DNA of 64,000 nucleotides from an uncultured Anaeroplasmataceae bacterium (lineage in GTDB: Bacteria; Bacillota_I; Bacilli_A; Acholeplasmatales; Anaeroplasmataceae), in contig CAYYMS010000002.1 in NCBI GenBank assembly GCA_964473015.1, positions 154,550 to 218,549 on the forward strand, read 5' to 3'. The position numbers were made by a program, and so were the translations under genes. The notes below the pieces were generated by a model, which had not been told where the DNA came from, did no database searches, and saw only the letters and a program-made list of their open reading frames with translations. How positions within the stretch are numbered: position 1 is the first letter of the stretch; each line of letters begins with the position of its first letter. Shown here piece by piece: positions 58,181 to 64,000 of the stretch.

Positions 58181-59140
58181 TTAATGTTCACTTGTTACTT
58201 TTGCCAAATGTCTTGCCGATATAAAATTAAGTCCTACAAAGCAAAGAATAAAAAAGAAATTAATCCCGCTTTGAATTTCAGGAGTTAAGGTAATATTAAA
58301 GAAATTTATATTATAACCAAAGCTATTCGTTAAATTAGAAATTAACTCTTGATTTCCTATTCCAGCCGTTTCTAAATATTCCACTAAATTATGAATCGGT
58401 GTACTTAAAAAGGTATAGCGCATAATAGAGCATGCGTAGGTTCCTGGAAAGAAACAACATAAATTCGATAACCAGCTTGGAAACATTGCAAGAGGCATAT
58501 AGGCACCAATTAAGAATCCTGCTGCTGCCGAAAAAACGGCGATAATACTTGCCAAAGTTGATTCTCTATTAATAAAAGAACAAATAAAGATGGTAAATAA
58601 GGTGGATGCAATCGTTGTAAAAATTAAAACAATTAACATCATAAGGAAGTCTGTAAAATGGATAACAAATTCCTGCATACAGACTAAATAAAGTAAACAA
58701 ATTACTAGCACGATAAAACAAATAAATAGTGTCACAATAAAATTAAATAAGAAATAACTTGCAATCAAATAATTTTTGTTTATTGGAGAGGATGCAAAAT
58801 CACGATTTACTCCATTTTCCTTATCATTAATAATAATATTATTGGTTTGAATGGATATGGTTATGGTGCTTAATGCAATGATCCCACTTAGCATCCAAGA
58901 GTCTACGACGATATTTACATACTTCATAAGCTCTTTTGTTGGTTCAATATCCAATTGGTATAAGGTGTTTTTTACAGTTTCTAATTCAAGACCTCTTAAA
59001 AAACATATGTATACCGCAAGGATAATTAAAGGTACCATTAGAGTATAAAATACACGAATTTTATTTTTAAAAAATACTAGGAAATGTCTTTTTGTCAATT
59101 GAAAAAAGATATCCCATTTTCTAGATAATCTATTCTGCAT
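58181..59140 (-). CDS. ABC-2 type transporter permease
   Basis: Six or more TM helices; D.ENGVNRDFASSP motif; overlaps the ATPase gene. Confidence 0.85.
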   Translation of the reverse strand: MQNRLSRKWDIFFQLTKRHFLVFFKNKIRVFYTLMVPLIILAVYICFLRGLELETVKNTLYQLDIEPTKELMKYVNIVVDSWMLSGIIALSTITISIQTNNIIINDKENGVNRDFASSPINKNYLIASYFLFNFIVTLFICFIVLVICLLYLVCMQEFVIHFTDFLMMLIVLIFTTIASTLFTIFICSFINRESTLASIIAVFSAAAGFLIGAYMPLAMFPSWLSNLCCFFPGTYACSIMRYTFLSTPIHNLVEYLETAGIGNQELISNLTNSFGYNINFFNITLTPEIQSGINFFFILCFVGLNFISARHLAKVTSEH

Positions 59141-60071
59141 ATCCTTCACCCTGGACAATATTTTTTCCTGTAACATTTAAAAATACATCATCCATATTTC
59201 CCTTTAATATTTCAAAATCACTGATTTCCTTTTTATATTTATTTAAGATACTTCTAGCCTCATCACTATTTTTTATTAACAGTTTATACGCACCAACATC
59301 TTCTAAATAATGATACTCAATATGATCGGTTTCTAATTGATGCTCAAAGGCATCATTTTCCTTCATATAACTTAAAATATAGTCACTACTATAAAGATTT
59401 TTTAATTCTACTGGCGTCCCCCTAGCAATAATTTTACCTTTATCCATAATAACAACATCCGTTGCTAAATCCGCTTCTTCTAAATAATGTGTCGTTAAAA
59501 AAACCGTCATATTGGTTTCTTTTCTTATTTTGTCAATTAAAGACCAGACCACTAATCTTGTTTTAGGATCTAAGCCAGTTGTGGGCTCATCTAAGATTAA
59601 AAGCCTAGGCTGATGGACCATAGCTCTTGCAATGTCCACTCTTCTTTTTTGTCCACCACTTAAATTTTTAATTTGTCGATGTAAAAGGGGTTCTAATTCT
59701 AACAAAGAAACAATAGAATCGATATTCTTTCTTTTTTCTTCTTTCGTTAAAGAATAAAAGGAAGTTCTGATTTCTAAATTTTCTTTTACAGTTAATTCTT
59801 GATCGAGTACACTATTTTGAAAAACAATTCCTATTTTATTTTTGATATCAAAGCTATGGGTATCCAAATTTGAGCCATATACAAGAACTTTACCAGAATC
59901 CTTTGGCAAGATAGAGCAAATGATATTTATCGTTGTAGATTTTCCAGCACCATTTATTCCTAAAAAGGCAAATAAAGAGCCCTCGGTAACCTTAAAAGAG
60001 ATATCATTAACTGCTTTTACTTCTCCATAGGACTTTATTAAGTTTTCTATTTCTAAAGCATAATGTTCCAT
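59130..60071 (-). CDS. ABC transporter ATP-binding protein
   Basis: Motifs GINGAGKST, LSGGQKRR, LDEPTTGLD and TTHYLEE. Confidence 0.93.
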   Translation of the reverse strand: MEHYALEIENLIKSYGEVKAVNDISFKVTEGSLFAFLGINGAGKSTTINIICSILPKDSGKVLVYGSNLDTHSFDIKNKIGIVFQNSVLDQELTVKENLEIRTSFYSLTKEEKRKNIDSIVSLLELEPLLHRQIKNLSGGQKRRVDIARAMVHQPRLLILDEPTTGLDPKTRLVVWSLIDKIRKETNMTVFLTTHYLEEADLATDVVIMDKGKIIARGTPVELKNLYSSDYILSYMKENDAFEHQLETDHIEYHYLEDVGAYKLLIKNSDEARSILNKYKKEISDFEILKGNMDDVFLNVTGKNIVQGEGYAE

Positions 60072-60078
60072 AATTCAC

Positions 60079-61386
60079 CTACGATTTTGCATTTCGTTTT
60101 ACCTTTCCCCAGCTTGGTTTGGAAAGTGCACCAATACAAAGAGTGATGGCATATAAAATTAAAAATAAAGGAAATAAGAATACGGCAGATAATAATTGTC
60201 TTCTATTCTTCGCACCAATTTTCTTATAATCTACGATGGCTAAAATAAGACCTTGCAAAATACCAAAGAAAACAAATAATCCCACGATAATTCCTGCCCC
60301 TATATATATAGTATACCAAAGCATATTATAATAATACGAAACATCAAACATCGTTAGTTCGATATATCCATATCCGGCATAATATAGGAAAACAAAATTA
60401 TAAACATAGAATAAAGGAATCCACGTACATAATAGAATCGTTAAAAAATTAAATATATAGGTTAAAAACATTTCAATAAAGGAAAAATTACCTGTAGTAA
60501 AGAACTTTCTTACCATCGCCATAAGCTTGGTTTTTAAAAGTTTCATTCCTCCACTACCGATGCGTTTATTTCGATTAAGTGTATCTTTAAAGGAGGATGG
60601 CATATCTTCATATACGACCGCATCCTCAATAAAATGTCCCTTATATCCATCAAGCATTCGATTGAAATTAAATTCGGCATCATCGGAGATGGATATAGCA
60701 TCATAGCCGCCACACTTAAGAAGCATTCTTTGGCTCATCATCGCACCACTTCCATTGACATGTGCTGCGATACCTAAACGTTCTCTTACTCTACTTCCGT
60801 ATCTTGAATCAAAGGTATAGAATAAGGTACATGCCTTTGTGTAAAAGTTTTGCGTAGCATTTAAGGCTCCTTCATATGGTCTTGCAAAATCAACTCCCGA
60901 TTGATAGGCATCATTCATTAAAGAAGAAAATTCCTTATTGATATGATTATCTGCATCTAGGTGAATAATCATATCATAAGGGTCTTCTAAATGAATTAAA
61001 TAATCAATTCCATATTTAAGCGGATATAAAGCCATATGATGCGCTGGATCTGGATCATTATGAATCAAAACTTTAGCACCAGCCTCACGAGCAAGATTAG
61101 CTGTATTATCCGTACAGTTATCTGCAATTACATATACATCATATAATTCTTTAGGATAATCCTGATTATCTAAAACATCTTTTACTGCTTCAAATATAAC
61201 ACTTTCTTCATTGTGGGCAGGGATAATGTAGGCAATTTTACCCTTAACCTCACTTTTCGGAAACCTTCTTTTCTTAATCCATGAAAATAATACATAAAAC
61301 AATTGAAGGGCTACTGGAATAGCAATAATAATTAAGATAATATAATTTATTATACTTAATACTCGATATAATATTTCATACCACAT
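60079..61386 (-). CDS. Membrane glycosyltransferase family 2
   Basis: Motifs IIPAHNEE, VIADNC.D, HLDADN and SDDAEF; N- and C-terminal TM helices. Confidence 0.87.
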   Translation of the reverse strand: MWYEILYRVLSIINYIILIIIAIPVALQLFYVLFSWIKKRRFPKSEVKGKIAYIIPAHNEESVIFEAVKDVLDNQDYPKELYDVYVIADNCTDNTANLAREAGAKVLIHNDPDPAHHMALYPLKYGIDYLIHLEDPYDMIIHLDADNHINKEFSSLMNDAYQSGVDFARPYEGALNATQNFYTKACTLFYTFDSRYGSRVRERLGIAAHVNGSGAMMSQRMLLKCGGYDAISISDDAEFNFNRMLDGYKGHFIEDAVVYEDMPSSFKDTLNRNKRIGSGGMKLLKTKLMAMVRKFFTTGNFSFIEMFLTYIFNFLTILLCTWIPLFYVYNFVFLYYAGYGYIELTMFDVSYYYNMLWYTIYIGAGIIVGLFVFFGILQGLILAIVDYKKIGAKNRRQLLSAVFLFPLFLILYAITLCIGALSKPSWGKVKRNAKS

Positions 61387-61469
61387 AAATCATTTCTCCA
61401 TTAAATCTTCTCTATTTGCGATTTTATATTATATCATACTCTCCTATTGATTTCTACCTTTTTAAACAA

Positions 61470-62615
61470 TTAACTCTCCTTTATTCTATTTTTCCTATAT
61501 ATTAGACAAATTATAACAATCGATATAAAAATAAATATAAATTGTGGCCAAATATACGAAAAATATTTTCCAAATTCAATTGTATTACTAGAAGCAATAT
61601 ACTGATTACAGCAAACTGCATAATATTGTGGTAATAGATGAGCAACTCCAATAACTTCTTTTGATAAAAATTCCATTGGTACAAAAAGACCAGAAAGGAA
61701 AGCCGTTCCTAAGGGTAAAACGACATTTAATACCTGCATTACAATTTGTGAAGATACAAGCATAGCTACCGCATAAGAAATCCCAACTAGAGTAAAGCTA
61801 AAGATTAAAATATTTATCAAGTAAAATATTGCGTTTTTTCCTACTATATTTGGTCCAATAAGGAAATAGGCCATAATATATATGATACAAGAAAATAGAA
61901 TTCCTATACAAATATTTCCAATAATTAAAGAGGTATTTAGCTTTAAACCTGAAACGGAGGAAATATTCATTCTTCTTTTAATTTCTGTGGATTTAAAAGC
62001 CATCATGATGGTTCCTATTAAAGAAATAACAACAGCAAAAATAACATATAAAGCATAGCCATATAATGAGGTCACTATCGATGTATCTCCATTAGAGGAA
62101 ACTAGGGATGTTTCCATTTGCTTTTCTGAATTTTCTAATAGCAATATCGCATCTTTCATCGCTTGATTTTTATCGGATAAATTATGCTTTGCATTTACCT
62201 TAGTTAAATTGAAAAGATCGGTTATTCTTTCTTTTAAGGAATATGCCGTAGTGCTATTTGGAGTAGTCTTAATTAAAATGATATTCTCTTCCTCTTCTAA
62301 AAGCTTGGTATAAAAATCTTCAGGAATTTCAATATACATATCGATTTCATCCCAAAAGAGTCCATCATCAACACTTAAATTATTTAGTTTCTTTTCCTTT
62401 ATATAAGGATTTAAATAAGCCAATAAATCCTTGGAATATTCGGTAGAATCTTCATTTTTTATAGCCACATTTACTTTTTGTATTTCATAAGAATTATTTG
62501 TCTTTTTTAGTGTGGATCCTATGATAAGGGTAAGAATTGCAAACACAACAAAATAAACAATTACTACATTAATGTTTTTTAAAAGAATCTTAAAAAAGCC
62601 TTTAAATACTTGCAT
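61470..62615 (-). CDS. ABC-2 type transporter permease
   Basis: TM helix, extracellular domain, then five TM helices; LSGLFVP motif. Confidence 0.82.
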   Translation of the reverse strand: MQVFKGFFKILLKNINVVIVYFVVFAILTLIIGSTLKKTNNSYEIQKVNVAIKNEDSTEYSKDLLAYLNPYIKEKKLNNLSVDDGLFWDEIDMYIEIPEDFYTKLLEEEENIILIKTTPNSTTAYSLKERITDLFNLTKVNAKHNLSDKNQAMKDAILLLENSEKQMETSLVSSNGDTSIVTSLYGYALYVIFAVVISLIGTIMMAFKSTEIKRRMNISSVSGLKLNTSLIIGNICIGILFSCIIYIMAYFLIGPNIVGKNAIFYLINILIFSFTLVGISYAVAMLVSSQIVMQVLNVVLPLGTAFLSGLFVPMEFLSKEVIGVAHLLPQYYAVCCNQYIASSNTIEFGKYFSYIWPQFIFIFISIVIICLIYRKNRIKES

Positions 62616-63747
62616 ACTTCTCACCCCTTATCTTCCAAATAACAAGCCCAATCATAACGAAATTCATTCCTAATAAAATCCCAAGCCTTATCCAGTAGAA
62701 ACTTAGATCCGAATAATAATATAAAGAATATAGCATATCGGTAATCATTTGGGCAGGATTTATATATTTCATAAACGGCAAATGCATATCAATCATTTGC
62801 TTAATATTTGCAAACATTAAACCAGATAATATACATAATGCTAAAACAATAATAGATAAAATAGCCTCCTTCTTCTCTGGAGTTCCCTTTAAGAAAATAC
62901 TAACAACCATTCCTAAGGATATTCCTGTAAATGAGCCGATCACCATAGCCAGTAGGGCTAAATACCACTCCTGTCCTAAAGGAACACCCAAAATAAATTT
63001 AAGGTAGGTAAATAACGTAAGACAGGAAATCAGCTGTAAAACAACAGCAGCTAAATAATATAAAAGAATTAATTTATATTTTGATGTTGGCGCAACACAA
63101 ATACGGATTCCTAAAGCACTTTGATCAGCACGAATATCCTGAATGATTTGCTTACCCCAGAAGGTTGCATATAGGCACATCATCGCAATTAAACTATAAA
63201 AATATATCGTGGAAAAATTAGCATCAATATTTTTCGTTGTATCATTAAAATAATGAGATTCAGCAACTAGATCTTTGATGATTTCTTTAATATAAGCTTG
63301 CGCCATATCACTAGCATATTTTTCATAAGCCTTTTGAATCGTCTTACTAGAAACGATATATTTTTCTATGATTTGATTCGTAATAACAGATTCGATCGAG
63401 TTATTTTGTGATTTTAAAATATAATTTTCTTCCTTATATAAGAGTAAATCTATTTTTTTATCTAAAATATTTTGTAAACCTTCCTCTTTTGTGGGAACCA
63501 TTTTAAGGTCAAATAAATGTTTATCCTTGTCTAGTTCTATTTCTTCTAAAACATTAATTAAGTCATTTTCTACTTTAAAACTCTCTTCTTCTACGATATG
63601 TAATTCAATCGTATCAATAATCGAATTAGTAGAAAGCTTACCAAAGGCAGCATATTCTAGGGTAGCTAAAACTAGAGGAAAAACTAAAGTCCATACCCAA
63701 ATGCTTGGTTGCCTTAATAAGGTTTTTAATCGATTAAGAAAAATCAT
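62602..63747 (-). CDS. ABC-2 type transporter permease
   Basis: Motifs WTLVFPLVLA.L, R...APT.K and LSGLM; paired with the adjacent permease. Confidence 0.82.
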   Translation of the reverse strand: MIFLNRLKTLLRQPSIWVWTLVFPLVLATLEYAAFGKLSTNSIIDTIELHIVEEESFKVENDLINVLEEIELDKDKHLFDLKMVPTKEEGLQNILDKKIDLLLYKEENYILKSQNNSIESVITNQIIEKYIVSSKTIQKAYEKYASDMAQAYIKEIIKDLVAESHYFNDTTKNIDANFSTIYFYSLIAMMCLYATFWGKQIIQDIRADQSALGIRICVAPTSKYKLILLYYLAAVVLQLISCLTLFTYLKFILGVPLGQEWYLALLAMVIGSFTGISLGMVVSIFLKGTPEKKEAILSIIVLALCILSGLMFANIKQMIDMHLPFMKYINPAQMITDMLYSLYYYSDLSFYWIRLGILLGMNFVMIGLVIWKIRGEKYASI

Positions 63748-63998
63748 TAATCCCTCAACTCCTTACCCGTAATCTGTAAGAATACATCATTTAAGGTTGG
63801 AAGTTCGGAATAAATATTGCCAAAAGAAATATGATTTTCCTCTAAATAATGAAGTAAATTTGGAATATAGGTATTGCCTTTTTTTGTTTTTAGGATAACC
63901 TCATTATTTTTATATTCCTTTGAAATTACAAAATCCAAATCCAGTTTTGCTGCATCTTCTTCTTTCATCTCTATGGTTATCGTTGAACTAAACTCGAC
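63747..63998 (-). CDS. C-terminal part of an ABC transporter ATP-binding protein (truncated by window edge)
   Basis: Frame open to the window end; ends with PTLNDVFLQITGKELRD, typical of drug-export ABC ATPases. Confidence 0.75.
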   Translation of the reverse strand, partial: VEFSSTITIEMKEEDAAKLDLDFVISKEYKNNEVILKTKKGNTYIPNLLHYLEENHISFGNIYSELPTLNDVFLQITGKELRD

Positions 63999-64000
63999 AC

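Noticed and set aside
484-63772. Many 60-140 aa ORFs antisense to or overlapping well-supported genes (for example 2886-3197, 2956-3381, 9301-9813, 15139-15510, 37232-37543, 52618-52941)
   Set aside because: They lie within conserved genes on the opposite strand or frame, show no motifs, and look like shadow ORFs.
1-64000. CRISPR array, IS transposase or prophage
   Set aside because: No regularly spaced repeat-spacer array, cas, transposase or phage structural genes were seen. The only tyrosine recombinase is housekeeping XerD-like.

Overview
This window is 64 kb of a low-GC Bacilli-type chromosome (standard genetic code, type B RNase P RNA). It plausibly comes from an uncultured Acholeplasmatales/Anaeroplasma-like lineage; that assignment is an inference from protein style and gene losses, not a database result. 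The window spans the replication terminus. Almost all genes left of 28.6 kb are on +, almost all genes right of 30.4 kb are on -, and a Bacillus-like dif site (29679-29706) sits in the 1.75-kb ORF-free gap between them, with xerD and parE/parC nearby. Left arm: lspA, a pseudouridine synthase, a hisZGDCBHAF(IE) operon, ybeY-cdd-era-recO, rnpB, a PadR operon with twin operators, lepA, a DUF1016 nuclease, a TPP riboswitch-thiT unit and hemW-xerD-deoB. Right arm: catalytically degenerate Fic-like and S26-like proteins, parEC, plsY, cotJ genes, a ferredoxin missing from the ORF track, udk, ABC transporters, queH, tRNA-Thr and a sporulation block. Two observations stand out. (1) spoIIAA-spoIIAB run straight into spoVAC-spoVAD-spoVAE with no sigF gene, yet a consensus sigma-G promoter is retained in the 43-bp gap and a Spo0A box lies upstream. 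This suggests a rewired or minimal sporulation-like partner switch. (2) The dif region is complex: a second perfect 11-6-11 palindrome lies 36 bp from dif, with arm-like repeats, a recurring 17-bp quasi-palindrome on both sides of ter, and an adjacent pseudo-Fic/HTH protein. No CRISPR array, transposase or prophage was seen.
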